This document shows positions 47,841 to 62,709 of a stretch of 64,000 nt of DNA, piece after piece (position 1 is the first letter of the stretch; every line of letters starts with the position of its first letter). The translations under genes and the position numbers were made by a program. Location: positions 1-64,000 of the forward strand of contig LWCA01000007.1 in NCBI GenBank assembly GCA_001642005.1. The letters run 5' to 3'. The notes below the pieces were generated by a model that was not told the origin of the DNA, did no database searches, and saw nothing but the letters and a program-made list of their open reading frames with translations. The stretch is from Intoshia linei (Eukaryota > Animalia > Orthonectida).

Positions 47841-50784
47841 ACACAGTGCGCATTATGAAAAACACACAACATTGGTATATCACATTAAATAAAACTTAAC
47901 TTCACGATTAAAAAGAGCCATATATAACCGTCGGTTCTGGTTGCTAAAATATTAAAAACGAGGCTTGAACATTATTACTTATTTGTGATTTATGATGTTA
48001 ACGTTCACATGATTTATATATTTTAATATTATATTACATTAAATTGTGTATATATCAATATATAATTAAAGCGAAAAAATATTTTTTTAATATATACATT
48101 TTTTTCCGTATATGGGGGTAAAACCACCGTTTTTCGAAAAAGAAGAACACCTAACACGTGACGTATGATATACATACTCAACATATGCATGGTCATTAGT
48201 CCATGTTCTGCTTATAAAATTTTGGTCGTATTAAATAATTACAAGTAATTTAATAATTTGAAAAAATATAATATACAAAAATTAAATATTTATTTATGAT
48301 ATAATGATTTTACAGTCCATAAATAATCACATATCATACTTATATCATGTTTTTTTTTGTATCTTATGTTATGTTTAATAAAATTTTGGGACATGTTTCT
48401 TTTTTAAAACAATGTGTAATTTGTGGTTTTGACCGTGAAGGTATGCGTTCTGAGTCTGAGATGTACGACAATGTTAATCATTTTAAAACGCGTCCCAGAA
48501 TGTATGTTTTATTAAATGTTTGGGTTGATTTATTTTTTTAACAAAAAGAAAAATGGGGTTTTTGGCCCTGAAGGATTAAATCTAGGAAACTGAAAAATAG
48601 ATATAAACACGCTTCGGGAAAAACACTATTTGAAATTGGGTTTTTTAAATAAACGTCATCACACATAGACACAAAATCACATTCAATTTTATATAAGTAA
48701 TAGATAGCTTTATCCGAAATACAATTTAAGTTTATAAAATTCAATTACATATTGTATATTGACATATTTTATAGCTCAACAAAAAATGTAGGCGATGAAC
48801 GTAAGACCACTCAAAACATAACTACCAGATCTCATCATAACATTCCAGTAAATAAAGTTATATTTTAGTTTTTGTAAACATTTTTATATGAAATTTCTAA
48901 AATGGCAAGCTCTTTCACTAAAAATTTTCTTCTTTTCACGATTTCTAATGGTATTAATGAAATATAAGGTTATTAAATCTGAAGTTCGAAGAATCTTGTA
49001 GATTTAAAGCCCGAATCTAACATAATGAAAATAGAAATACAAATACATGTGCTCAAAGAAGTTTATTAATATTAAGGTGAAGTTACAGTAACAGTTCCAA
49101 CTGAACTCTAACTTCACTATCACAACATGATTATCATAAAAGTATGACCCGCAATTTTATCAGTATTTGGACCATGAAATTTCGAAAAAAAGTATAAAAA
49201 ATTACACTCCGAATGTTGACATACTGTTAACAATCCAATTCAACTGACAAAATTACATTTGGGCGTGGTTAACTAATACGCGTCGGAAATGTCAAACATT
49301 TATTGCATTTTGTTAGACAACCATCGCGGGCCAGAATTTTGTCACCTCTCATGTAAGCTATTTAAAATTTTATTGTAAATATATAAATTCTAAAATTCGT
49401 GTTATTCATGACGAGTTTTTTTGAGTGTAATTAATTGGATTGTTTTTAGTATTATACATCATACTTTATAATCAATTAAAAAATCCGTTTTAAATTTAAA
49501 AAGTTGTCCTCAGCAGAGCTAGCTACTTTTTGCACTGAGTACATAACAGTCAAACTAAATAATATATTTAATAATAGACATTTATTATAGTGCATCATTT
49601 ATATATTAAAATCGTGTTGTATCAAATGTCATGTTAAAGTATATTTATGTTGAAACGATTACAATGCATTATTTTGAAAGGTAATTAACCCTTGATTCGC
49701 ATAATGATGTTATAAAAGTAACCTCAATATATCAAATAATAAATAATCATAATACAGAATAAACACATGTTATGTAATATTTGTTGACAATATTCCGTAA
49801 AAAGAAATAATAAACATTTTATTTTTTGCACATTGTACGAACATTAAACATTACTCACTAAATAATTATAATTAATTAATAAATGTATGCAAATTAGTTC
49901 AAATTATAAGGAAGGTTGTAGGACATTTTCAATATTCTGTTTAATATACAACTTATGTGAAAAAATAAGTGTAACTAATCAATATAATATATTATATAAT
50001 AAATCATATTATGGTATTCCCTAAAAATATACAATACACGTATACAATAAATTTGCCACATTTACCAGTTATATACAAATATATACAAACGTTGAACACC
50101 ATTATAACTTTTTTCCTTCCTACTTTTTTTATTGTTTGAATAGTCTCAAAAAGTGAGACATGGTAATTACATAATCGATTTGATAACATGATAATATCTA
50201 ATTATGATTGGGTTAAGATTCATAACTTATGAATAACATTTTTCGTGTGAAAATATAAGTGATTAGGAAATAATTATAAAAACTGTATCTGCATTAATTT
50301 TGATTGCATTACACTATGGAAATGTTGATAAGCCTTAATTGAATAAGTAATACAAAAAAGTACAAATAATTGTTTTAATTATTAAGTCACCTATTTTAAA
50401 CATTAAATTTGGTTTTATTGTTTTGTATCCAATCAATTTGGAAACGGTAGAGAAGATTGTGAAACAAAACTGTAACTATAAAACAAAAAGATATAAGATA
50501 AATTTCAAATCTAAACAAAAAGTATTCTGTTCGACATGAAACAATACTATTTTGACAAACAATTGCTTTAACATTAAATACGAAATATAATGGTTTGTTT
50601 ATTACCTGTTTAACTTTACTAATACATATGCATTGTTTCGGTTTTGTCGAAATAAATTTAAATTTGGACGTAACTTAATACATGCATTAATTTTGAACAT
50701 AATGAAATTGAGTTAACGCAAATTATTCAAATCACACATTACAATTGTCAGTAATACGTGTCTTTTTAGTTATTAGTTTCATAA

Positions 50785-53700
50785 ATGGAACGAACTGTAC
50801 GATCCCACAGTAAAGCCAGAAATGAAATATTAATAGACTCTAAAAACAGGTAACATATTACATTACCAAGAATCATTACATTGATACGTCAATGACATGT
50901 GTCATTTTCAAATATTAAATGATAAATGCATTTTTAGAGAAATTTTAAAATTAAAACCAGGAAAACATGGAGGACGCTATCGTACACCTTCTTTCCATGG
51001 AGGTCTTTTGGCAACATTTCCTAGCAATACATTTTCTAAGCACGATATAATAACATTTAAATTGGTAAAAAACCCAGAAAGATTGAAACATTTCGAACAG
51101 GATCTCAATAGACATTTTAGTGAAAATGACAGTCTTGCTAGTGATATTTTTCAAATTAATTATTATCATAAAGGCAAGCAAATTTCAAAAATTAAAAAAA
51201 TGATTGAAGTTGAAATTCCGTATTTTGAAAATATTTCTGATGCCAGTCATTACACTTTTACGCTTTTATCAAAATGTAATGATCTCGATGAATGGAATAG
51301 TATTGAGAATTATAAAGTTACGGTAACATTTAATTTGATTTAAACATTCTAAACATTGAAAAACCTTTACGTTATTATTATTATTATTATCGTGAAAGCT
51401 TGTATCTGTAGTTAGTATTAGTAATTAGTAGCAATGCTTTTGAGAAAATGAAATATTGATTGGATTTTAGTATGTCAGTAATGATAATCAATACATTTGT
51501 ACATTTGTAAATTTGTATTATTTTCAGTCTAATCAAAATATTTCTATATAATTAATCATTTTCAATTATTAATAATTATTTAAAATACATTAATAGTATT
51601 TCTAACATATTATCGAAACTCGATAAACAATGAGAAAGTCACGGACAGTGTCTAACCCACCGTTCCGGCACCCCTCTTCGGGAGGAGTCTCGACACCATT
51701 TTTGTAAAATGGAGGCATTATTTTTTCAAACTAAGCAATGTGTGAAATCGTTTGTGAAAATTTATTTAGAGGAATATTTTCCATTTTCGGGCGAACTTAT
51801 TGAAGTACATTTGATATCATCATCTTTTATAAGGGAAGTTGTCACTTAAATAAATATTTTGTATTTTAAAGTGAAAAAGACCCCAAAAAATCGTACAAAA
51901 TCAAAATTAGCATTTATAATGCATTTTAACAATATAATTTAAATTGTATAAAAAATTGTTGGAATGCACTGTAATTCGATTTTAGACTTTATTATTATGT
52001 ATTTTGTATATTAACGTATTTTTAGTCAAAATTTATTTTTTTTAAGCCAATATAATTGTTTAATTCCAGCCATTGAGTCTAGACTCTAGACTCCAGTCAA
52101 TTTAAATTTAATCCTTATATGCAACTTTTAATAAACAAACATGTTACAAAATATGTACTATATTCAAAATTCATAGTTCAATATTGTCATGATTATAAAA
52201 AATTTTCCAGAATTGGTGTTTTTTAAAATTTTAAGACTCTTTTCATTTTTGAAAAAAAGGAGTAATTTGTGGTTTTGACGGTGAAGGTAACAATTTTTAA
52301 ATTTGAAATTTATCTTAGTTTCTGCCAGGAAAAAACTAACTTGGAATTTGTGTTTTTAAAATTTGTGGGCTGCAAGATATCTTAATAATGATTACCAGAC
52401 AATTTTTCTGAGACAAATTAATTAACCAGACAATTTTAGCAACTTTTACGCTGTATAATTTGTTGTAATGTAGGGAACTAAATTAAATCATTTATTAAAT
52501 TCTCAGTAACAAGTATACTATAATAAGACTCATAGAAATAAGAATATTGTAAAAAATTCTCCGTAAATCCTCGTACTTTATGAACTTGAAGACAGGCTAA
52601 TTCCTATTAAACGGAATTCATCGTTAACGGATAAAAACACTTGACTAACGGACTTTCAATTATTTTGAAGTAAAAATTTGCGTTAAATTTTAACTTAAAA
52701 TGTAGTATCAGTGGCTTTTTATCTAGGATTTTTAGCCAGGGGGGCGAAATAATTATTGCCTCCCTGCACCCACCTAGATCCGTTACTGACTATCATAATT
52801 ATAGTTAAGCTTTTTCGGTTCAAAGTAAAAGCTTTAGATACGTAAAACATTTTATTTTCTTTCATGATTAATGATGATAATAATGGTTACATCTAGAAAC
52901 TCTGTAATAAATATTAAAAATTATCCTATAAACATAAACAAAAGTTGGTCAAAATTTTTCAATATTTTATTTGAATCTCATGGACCGAGGCATATAATTT
53001 TGGATCTCAATCGAGAACCACTGTTTTAATTTATACATTATTGATAAACAATTCCTCGTTGACAGAATGAGATTTTGTTTCATGACCAATTATTCCTTTA
53101 ACGAGGAATTAACCTGTATAATATTATTATTTTAATTTTATATCTAATCAGTTTCTTTCTTTTTTTATTGTGTTGCATTATACGGACGTATATTGTATAT
53201 CGTACATAAACTACAAACTAGGATTTGATTCAATTTTAATTAAATTTATAGTTTTTAAAACATTTTAAGAGAGATACACCTGTATAACTTTTTTTGTGTG
53301 AAAAAATAATTTAAAATTAAAATTTAAATTTAAAATTTAATTTAATTTAAATTTTGAATAAAAATACAAATGAAAATGAATTATTTTTCAGACTAAAAAA
53401 TCTTATCGAACCGTGGTTTTCAATTCAACAGTACTTTGTTTAAAAGCAGAACCGATAAAGGAAAATGTTAGTGTTTTTATCAAAGGGTGTATGCATACAA
53501 GTGTGATAAACAAGAAACTAACATTACGAGTTCCGAAATTTGCTTTAAAACACGACAATGAAATTTCTATTACGGTAATCCCTCATTATACGCCGATATT
53601 TAATATATTTAGACTAAATTCATTGACGAAAGAGAACTAGGAAAATTACGTGAAGAATACGAATATGACATGAAAAGTTTGAAATCTATGTCTCCAATTT

Positions 53701-55482
53701 ACACGTTTGACTTTGTCAATACAAAATTAGATGTAAAAACTCGAGCAGTATCATTTGCCAATATAAAATCTGATGAAAGTGTCAAGTCCATTATAAATTG
53801 TGCAATAAAAAGAAACTTAACCATACAGCTACCACTAAATTCTAAGCTTAATAACATTCCTGAAGATTCAAACACTAACGACATTATTGGGGTTTTTAGT
53901 CTAGATTCGGATGAAAATCGTTGGAAAATGTTGAACACAACCATGAATATATCGAAAAGTACGGTTTCGTTTGACACAAACAAGGTGGGTAGTTATTGTG
54001 TGGTATCAACGCATGATAACAGCAGCAAGTACAGCTTAACAGAAGCAATGCGATGTGTCAGAATGTATGAACTGTATGGAAGTAGTGGAGATGTTCTGGC
54101 CTGGTTGAAATTGGAAGACAAGGATTGGAAATTAAAAATTGAAGTTAGTTTATTAGAAAACATTGACACTATTAAAATGTTAAGAGAAAAAGAGGGGTAT
54201 TCATCTGTGAAATTGGAAATGAATGATGTGGCAGCCGTTTCACAGCAAAAGTCCACTCTATTGCCTTATGGAAGACGTAAAAGTTGGAATAGACGAAAAT
54301 CGACAATAACTGACGATCGAAAATCTTCAGTTGCCTCGTCAAATTCATTATTTGATAATGTGAATTTAGAAAGAAGTGACTTTACCTTACTACGATTGGA
54401 AGATTTCATGAAATTTAAAATTATACTATCAAATGATTCAAAAGCAAAATTTCGACAACAACCAAGCTGTGATAGAAAAATATCTCTGGATGGAGGAAAT
54501 TTCATTGAATCAGTTTCTAATTTTGATGAAAATGAAATAAATTTAGTATTTTATAAACACTCTTTAAACAATTCAATAGTAATCGACATTGAACCTAGTT
54601 CCGAATGTGACCAAACTAATGAATGCTTATTGAAATTGGAGATTACGGGAGAACGTCGAAATAATGTAGAAAAAGGATTAGAATTACGTAGAAATATAAA
54701 ATATTCACTAAATTATACAATTCCTTCCGATACTGTCCATGAGTATTTACACGAAAAGGAAGTAATTGTAATTACCCAAGAAATTCCAAAAAGACTATCA
54801 AGTGTTACTATTGAAAGAAAATCAATTTCAGAAGCTTCTACACCCGACATCAAATCGAAATACAAAAAAAAAAGACGAAGTATTGAATCCTTCATGCGAC
54901 TCACAAAAAGAACACGATCACCCATTAAATGTAAATTTTAAGATATCTTGTGTATTATGTATTTTTTCTTTTTTAACATTATTTATTTTAGTAACAAAGG
55001 AGTCAAAAGTTTTATCTCGACAAAGTATATCAATCATGTCCGCACATATTATCCATGGATTAACATTGGGAGTACAACTAAATTTAGATGATAGTACCAT
55101 CACTGGTATAGGTTTTGACGCTTTAGCTAATGGATTTAATCTACAAAACATTACTTATAGAATTTTACTTTTATGGAAAAGAAGAACCTCGCAATATGCA
55201 TCTCAACAAGTCGATATATTATACAATGCATTATGTAAAATGAATCTAAGTAATGTCGCCAATGTTATAAAAATGTTTGATAGTAATAATTGTGAACTAG
55301 TTGAAGGTTGTTTCGATCATTGTCTTGAACCCGATGAAAATACAATTGGAGATAAAACTGAAACAAAAACTACTCAATCTCCTACCAATACAGATAAAAG
55401 TAATTTCTCTTCTACTCAAAATGATTCAATGTATAAATCCATCAACAAATCCAAAAATACATACCATACTGACAAATTATAA
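50785..55482 (+). CDS. ZU5-like + death-domain protein (DTHD1/PIDD/ankyrin-type architecture)
   Basis: Exons at about 50785-50849, 50938-51321, 53392-53574, 53613-54930 and 54992-55482. ZU5-like segments (GGLLATFPSNTF, LRVPKFAL..MSPI..LTIQLPL) and a C-terminal death domain (LGVQLNLDDSTITGI..ITYRILLLWKRR..LYNALCKMNLSNVA). Confidence 0.7.
52593..53116. mobile_element. pogo/Tigger-like MITE with nested fragments
   Basis: CAGGCTAATTCCTATTAAACGGAAT is matched by inverted ATTCCTTTAACGAGGAATTAACCTG|TA. Related to the ends of 1414-1839. Confidence 0.6.
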
Positions 55483-55735
55483 TTTCTATAATAAAAATTA
55501 TTTTCCGTTTAATTAATTTACCGTTAAGTAATATAATAATTTGTATCATACATGAATAAGAATATGATTATGTGATGGAAATAATTGTTACATGATTTCT
55601 TGAATTTCGATTACAGTTCTCTATTTATAATAATAATTATTTTTTGTCTAATAATATGATTGTCAATTATCCAGTATTAATGATATATTTTTAAATTTTT
55701 TAAAAAAATTTTATAAAAAAATTTATTTTACAAAT

Positions 55736-56585
55736 TTATGTTAGGGTTTGTTGTTTCTTTCCCGATTTTAAAATGCTCTCTAGTTGTATTTTGTCAGATT
55801 CATTTACTTTTAAATTGACCTAAATTACATTAATATATAGTAGGGACAGATTAAGCGGACCATATTTTGAAAAAGGTGTTAATTTACCATATCCACATCG
55901 ATATTTTTTAATTGCAGAGCAAAGTAGATATTAGGTTTGGCCACAGGTCTGATCTCTCTCAAAATAGCCAACGCATGATCAAAACTGCATTTCAAGATAA
56001 CCATGATATAAGCAATAATCACAGACGAAGATCGAGATATTCCAGCAAGACTAAAATCAACATAAACAAACATAAACATAAATAAATGTAGTATAAAATA
56101 ACATCAACTAATCCAGTGCTTCAAATTCAAATCAAACCGTACACTGACACAATATCAGGTACACGTATACATTTTTTGAAAATTGCAAAAAATCCACAAT
56201 TCATTTTAAACAACTAATGTATGTACCAAATCATACCAGTGAACTAAAACGCATTTATTGTTAACTCTAGCATTATGAATAAACTTTATACATCCGGGCA
56301 AAACGTGAGATATTTTGGTTTTGCAATTATCCGAAACATTGACAATATGATAAACAAAATTCTATCAAGTGTAATTTAAAAAATATTAACCTAAACAAAA
56401 AATGTTAATTAACCTCATGCATATTTTTGGCTCTATCATGAATAGCTAAAATATGAGTAATATTGTGTATTTTCAATTGTTCTCGGTTTAATGCATCTCT
56501 AATGTTTCCGATATATAAATTTGGCATTACCTAATAATTTATATTTAAACACCGTACAAACAACCTTTGTCATAGGAACGCCCAT
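55736..56585 (-). CDS. Atypical dual-specificity phosphatase, DUSP15/DUSP22-like
   Basis: Five exons: MGVPMTK|VMPNLYIGNIRDA..ITHILAIH, VSD, VLVHC|LAGISRS (catalytic CX5R), AYIM and IRPVAKPN..F..QL. The N-terminal MG matches the myristoylated family members. Confidence 0.93.
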
Positions 56586-56896
56586 AATTGTCGATACAAA
56601 CTTTGGTACGCAAGTGAAATCTATTTGTATTTGACTTAAAATTGTATGATATCGAAACAATTTGTACAATATTTATTTTAGATACAATGTTAAAAAATAA
56701 CTCAACAACTATATACTGCAGCATGTTGCCTATAGAGATTTTCCAAATATGGTGTCTTTTCCATTGAATTCAAGGGATTTCAAAATTTTCAAAATACAAG
56801 TTTAGTTATTTTATTTTTTTCACCCTAAAATGACTTTAACCTAAAAATGACTTGAAAAAGTGAAATATCAATTGAAAATATATATTTATTACAATA

Positions 56897-59800
56897 TTAT
56901 AAATTTTCAATGTCGTTTTTCGTTTTTAATAATTTAATCAAATTAGATTGATCCATGTAATGAATAAGTTTGTCAATTTTCTAAATAAAAAAAGTTTTAA
57001 AAAATATAAAATCTTTAGAAATTACCTCATAATCAAAATCTGTATAAAAATTGTTGAAATCATCATTAAGCACAAAAACTTGACCGCAAACCACTTTAAG
57101 TATCTAAATAATGATATTATTAACATGTAAATATGTACAATAACGGTTAAAATAGTACCTTTTGAAAAACCCGAAAGAAAGTCACATCAAAGTCGTCATT
57201 CATATTATTAGCAATAATGTGTGATGCACAATGAGTTAGGATGAATAAAAATGATCCGACATTAGCGCAAATCTCTTTTCTAATGTATAAAATATTTTGT
57301 TCATTTTGATAGTGAATGCAATATCTGAAACAATTTTGCAAATAATTATTGGGAGGAATTTGAGAGGCAAGTAGAATTTTAAAATTTAAGTTTAAATTGA
57401 GACAATTAATGAGTCTTTTAAAGATTGTTGTTCCAAAATTATAAATAATAAAATCTGTGCAGTCTAAACTTGAAGCAGGAATTATCTTGAGTTTAGAATC
57501 GAAATGATTGAAATTACTGAATAACGTAGTATAAGATTTGCAGTTTTTATATTTATTCAATGCAGTTAAACCGGGGTTCGAAGTGTTGATCATATTTGAA
57601 ATATTTTCAATTTTTTTATATAGTACAGAATTTTGCAATAAATTCATGTATTGTGATTCCAGACATTTTTCTTCTTTGTGTGGATTATTATCTTCAAGTT
57701 GTTTAATTCTATTTGTTAGATATGAAGAGTTTTTATCAAAATTTGTTTTATAATTTGACATTAGTTTTTCGTGGTTTGTTTTAGATTCATTTAGTAGTTT
57801 TTCTCTTTCGTCTTCTTCTATGGTAGATTCTTTTATTTTTTCTCTTTCGTTTTTTTCATTTTCTAATTCTCGTCTCTTTTTTTCATTGAAATCATCATTT
57901 AATTGGTTTAATTCGTCTTCAATTTTTCTAATTTTTCTAAAAAATAATACATTTTCAACACATACAATACATGTATGATTAATGTTTAAACACCAAGAAA
58001 CTAATTTCAACAAATTTAAAAACACACCCATTGCCGTACACCAGGACCATGGAAAACCAGAAGTAGGTCCAATCAGATGGAAATTGTAGGCCCTACAAAA
58101 ATATTTTTACAAAATGGACCTCTATACATTGCTTAACCGATCGTTCATTGCCTAAACATTAAAAATAACCGTTGGAAATTCTCCAAAATAACCTATTAAT
58201 ACATTAAAAAAGTAGACCCCTCATGATTGTATGATCCGGTCTAGGGAATTATACTTAATTTCAAAAACAAAATGTAGTGGACTTGAGGATTGTAATTGAT
58301 TGTTGAAATTGTAAGTTTCAATGTTATAAACCGTTTACCGTGTGTATATATAACATACCCTTTTATGTCATCTGATTCTTTAATTATTTTTGTCTGACCA
58401 TGTTGATTAATTAATAAATTATCATATTCATTAATTTCAACCAATTTTTCAGTTCCACCCGATGGACCTTTAACATTTGTATTGTAAATGCAAACAATCA
58501 AATCATTTAATAATTGATCCAATTCTTTCGATACATAAGCCTGAGATAAAAAAGTAAATTGTTCAGATTTGAAGTGTTCGTTAAATATACTATAACTGTA
58601 CAAATAAAAAAAGTCGTTACATCTATTAGAAATAGTTCGTTTGAGATATAAATAAAAACTTTTTTCAATCAACACCTGTTGAGTTAAAGAGGACAAAGAA
58701 AATATAAAATCATTGTAAACGCTTCTGATGTTTTTAATATGATCCTCCCTATCAGAATCCGTATACCTTTCAAACAATTGTTTCAATTCATAAAAAATTG
58801 ATTTCATTTTGTTAAATGAATTCTCCAAATTAGACAAATGATTTACTTTCTGAGAAATCAAATTTTTAATTATATAAGAATTCAAATAAGAATTATTCAC
58901 ATTATATTCAAATATAGTTCCATGAAAAGTTTGATCAATCAATTCATCAACTTTGCCAATTTTCACAGAAAATTCTTGCAATAATTCCATATTCATTATA
59001 ACATTTTTAGTTGATTTAAGAAATGGATCCATTTGTGGTAAAAATTTTTCCACCCTTCTTATTGATTCCAAAACGTTGCTAGACATGATTGCAATAGAAC
59101 CTCTTAAATGAAGACCTTGAGGTGGAGGGCATGTCGATTGGACTGTCTTACACACCGTGTGACAATTTTTATAGTCGTATTCAACACTACATACTTTTCC
59201 AATACCCAACGTATTATAATCTATAGTCATTTTTCCAAATTCAATTGGTATTTTTTCAGTTTTATCTATTGTGTGCATTAATCCACACAATGGGAATAAT
59301 TTGTCCTGAGATGTATCGTACATTGTTCCAAGAATATGTGCGTTATTCATTTTATTTTCAATGTCGAAATATTTTGACCCGATTAGAAGAGGTATTTTTA
59401 CATTTTCGTCTTGGTTTATCCTGTAGAATCCATCACATCCTCCAGTTTTAGACATTCTTGAAAAACAATGGTACATACTGGACCAATAATTTAACTTGTT
59501 TATAAAACTGTTGGACTTTTCGGTTTCAACGTTTTTTAAGCTCATTAAAAAGTTTTTTGAATTTTCACATATATTACTCAAATTTGATAGGCTTTCTTCA
59601 GAAAATATTTGATCCTGTTCCATAGTTTTTATTTTTTCAAAATTTTTATCCGAATAATCAGAAAGAATCTTTGAACTAAATGAAATAAATATAAACAATA
59701 TAATTAATTGCGAATTATTTAAAAAATCTGAGGTTTTTATCTAAGAAAATTCACTTTTTTGATGTTACGATTTATGAAAATCTAAATGATTTTAAAAATA

Positions 59801-62709
59801 ATTCAAGAATTTATGGGTTATAAAATTGTAGAAAACGGGGTTATTTAGGTTTCTGAGGGTGAGATTTACTAAAATGTTAATGATTTTAAAACGAGTATCA
59901 GTGTTTATGTTTTATAGAATTCTAAGGTTGATTTTATTTTTTAAAAAAAGGAGGAATTCGGTGTTTGACCCTGAAGGACTCTATTTCCAAAGATAAAATG
60001 TGGATTAAAACATCAATCTCGAAAAATTATAGCAATAAGGGGTTGTATTAAATTCTAGAATTGTTAATTGTTTAAATAAACACTAACATATACTCCCTGG
60101 CATTCAATTTTATAAGTAACAAATTTGTGTCAAATGGTAAAATGCGTTTTTGACCGTTAAAAAGCCAATTAATATTATTAAATTTGATAATAAAACATTA
60201 TCAGTAAAACAGTGTCGTAAATCATAAGTTTTATAAAATTCTAGGACTATTAGTTTCTGAAATAAATGGTAACACAGAATCGTACCATTTTATATACTGA
60301 TTTTTTTTACCAAGGATATTCAAAATATGCCGAGTCGTATACTACGATTCGTATTATAGGTTTTGCACTGTATACAGTAATGTATTGATTTGTGAGGTTC
60401 ATTTTTATAAATTTTTATTATTAACAAAATTGACAAGACCAGACATTATCAAGTTAGTAATGTGGACTCCCAGGAGTCTCAATAAAAAATTTAGATTATA
60501 TATGGTTTTTCATTATTTTCAAGTATTAATACTGGAAATCCATGTCAATTAAGATTTAATTAGTACTCAGTATTTTAAAATTTCTCCTTGCCACCATCAC
60601 AATGTAAAATCTAAATGAGCCAACATAAAAAAAGTTTTATGAATATTTAATTATTATGATGACAAACCAAGAATTGTTAAGGACTCGCAGCGCAACAAAA
60701 ATTGAGAATATCAGAACTAGATGATAGAAAGAGTTTTATTTGGTAGTACCAAATTGGTACTATAAAACTTTTATTCAATATTTCACAACTCAAATACTAA
60801 TCCAACCCACGAAACCTTAAACATAATACCTACCACATCAAAACATAAAAGTTGTCATCCATCAAAATAAAATTCATTGCACATGGTAAATTTTCAAGCT
60901 GACCAGACTGATATTTAAGTGTTTTTGCACAAACGTTTCCACTTTTAAATTTGAGACCAATACACACCTCTAATCCGGATTTTGTTTGCAAACATGAACC
61001 AACAGTTAAGGGATGAACTAAATTGGTAATTGGATCAATAAAAGTTTTTCCTAAAGCTATAAAATGTTTGCACTTGAAACAAAACGTTACAGCCAAAGTG
61101 GGAACATAAAATCCATTTTCGTAATCTAAAAAATAATAAGTGAAAAACGAACCAATAAATAATTATTAAATATAAATAAACTTACCAATAATGAAACCAT
61201 CTGCAGACAAATAATCATTTTGAGTATGTTGATGCACATGAAAAGCAGTCATTTCTTCATTATTCACATCCACAGGCATTGGAATAAATGGGATTAACAC
61301 ATTTTTTCCATTATTGGAATTATTAATCAAAAGTTGATAATTATCGAGATAATTGACAAGTTTTTTCTGAACACAATCATAAAACACATTACCTTCAATT
61401 TTCGAAAAAAAGCAATATTTTTTAGAGTAAAAGTAAGCATCTCTTTTGTAACATTTATCATTATTCGGATTAATTAATGTGTAATCTTCTTTAAGCATGT
61501 CCAGTCCCGTCAACTTGTCGAAATATGTAATTGTATCAATATCATCTTTAATGGGTAATGTGGTCATGTGTCCATCTGAATCTTTAAAATTTTTAATTTT
61601 TTTGTCCAAATTTATAATAGATATGAGTCTGTTCATATAATATTGTCTCATATTAGAGATTAAATGAACATTACTGATTAAAGAGTTATATAAACTTGAC
61701 GATGCGTCATTTTGAGATTTGTTTATTTTTATTAATTCACAACAATGTATTATGGCACTCAAAGTCGAATGCAAATTAGAATTAAACAAAAAGTTTTCTT
61801 TATATATCCCCGTTATATAATCTTGTATTTGTTTGGATATTTTTGTAACTATTTCAGCAAAATATTTTCTTCTAATAATTTCCTGGTTTAACATTTCCAA
61901 ATGTTTATTTAATCTATAAAAATTAACGGTGTACGTTTCAGGTTGAGAGTCATCTTTAATTTTATTGACCATCTTTTCCAGTTTAGTTACATTTTGTTTT
62001 ATATTACTGTAAAATGTACAAATTTTATTGTCAAAACTTTCAGATTTAAGTAAAATGTGGGCAGATTGCTTGTTTAATAAATTGTAAAACGTTTCTTTAT
62101 TAAATTTATCCAGATCCAAATAAACGTTTCGCATTTCACTCAATTCGTCAATTTCAAAATCGTCAATATTTTCATTACAATTTGCGTATTTATCTACACT
62201 TTCCAATTTTGTACCTCGGCTAGCTAATTTTGATAAATCAAACTTTTTTCCATATTGTCTGCCTTTCAAAGAAACGTTACCCTTCTTCCATCCAAATCTT
62301 GTAAAAATTATCTAAATAAAAGTAAATACTTGCCAATATAAAACTTACATTTATTACGATAATCAACACGAAAGACACAATGATAGTTATTATTGTTAAA
62401 ATAAAAAATAGTAAATTTGATTTGACCAAAATATCTGTATTGAACGAAAATTTCATTGTATAAAAGTTTTGTTGCGTTTGATGCATAAATTTTTTATAAC
62501 TTTGACATTTACTTGAGGCAGACATGACTGCTATGTAAATTTTTTTTCCGTGGTCCACACTGTGTTTAAATACAAATACTCCCGGTTGCATGAATCGATA
62601 GGGAAATATATTGTATGATTTTGTATTTGAAGTGTTTGTCTTAACATTTTCTAATAAATCAAATGCCTTTGTATCCAAATTTGAAGTTGGAGAATTGAAT
62701 AAATTTAAT
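56897..62709 (-). CDS. Large uncharacterised single-pass membrane / coiled-coil protein, 5' end not found
   Basis: Long open exons (about 62709-62349, 62311-61184, 61125-60832, 59676-58337, 57937-57160, plus two short final exons). Contains FMQPGVFVFK, a TM segment followed by FTRFGWKK, and a charged coiled coil. Stop at 56899-56897. Confidence 0.7.

Noticed and set aside
47842-47848. CACAGTG Transib/RSS-like terminus
   Set aside because: No matching inverted end or TSD was found.
51640-51720. GC-rich structured RNA candidate
   Set aside because: Part of it recurs near 63250-63310, so it is more likely a repeat fragment; no tRNA or snRNA features.
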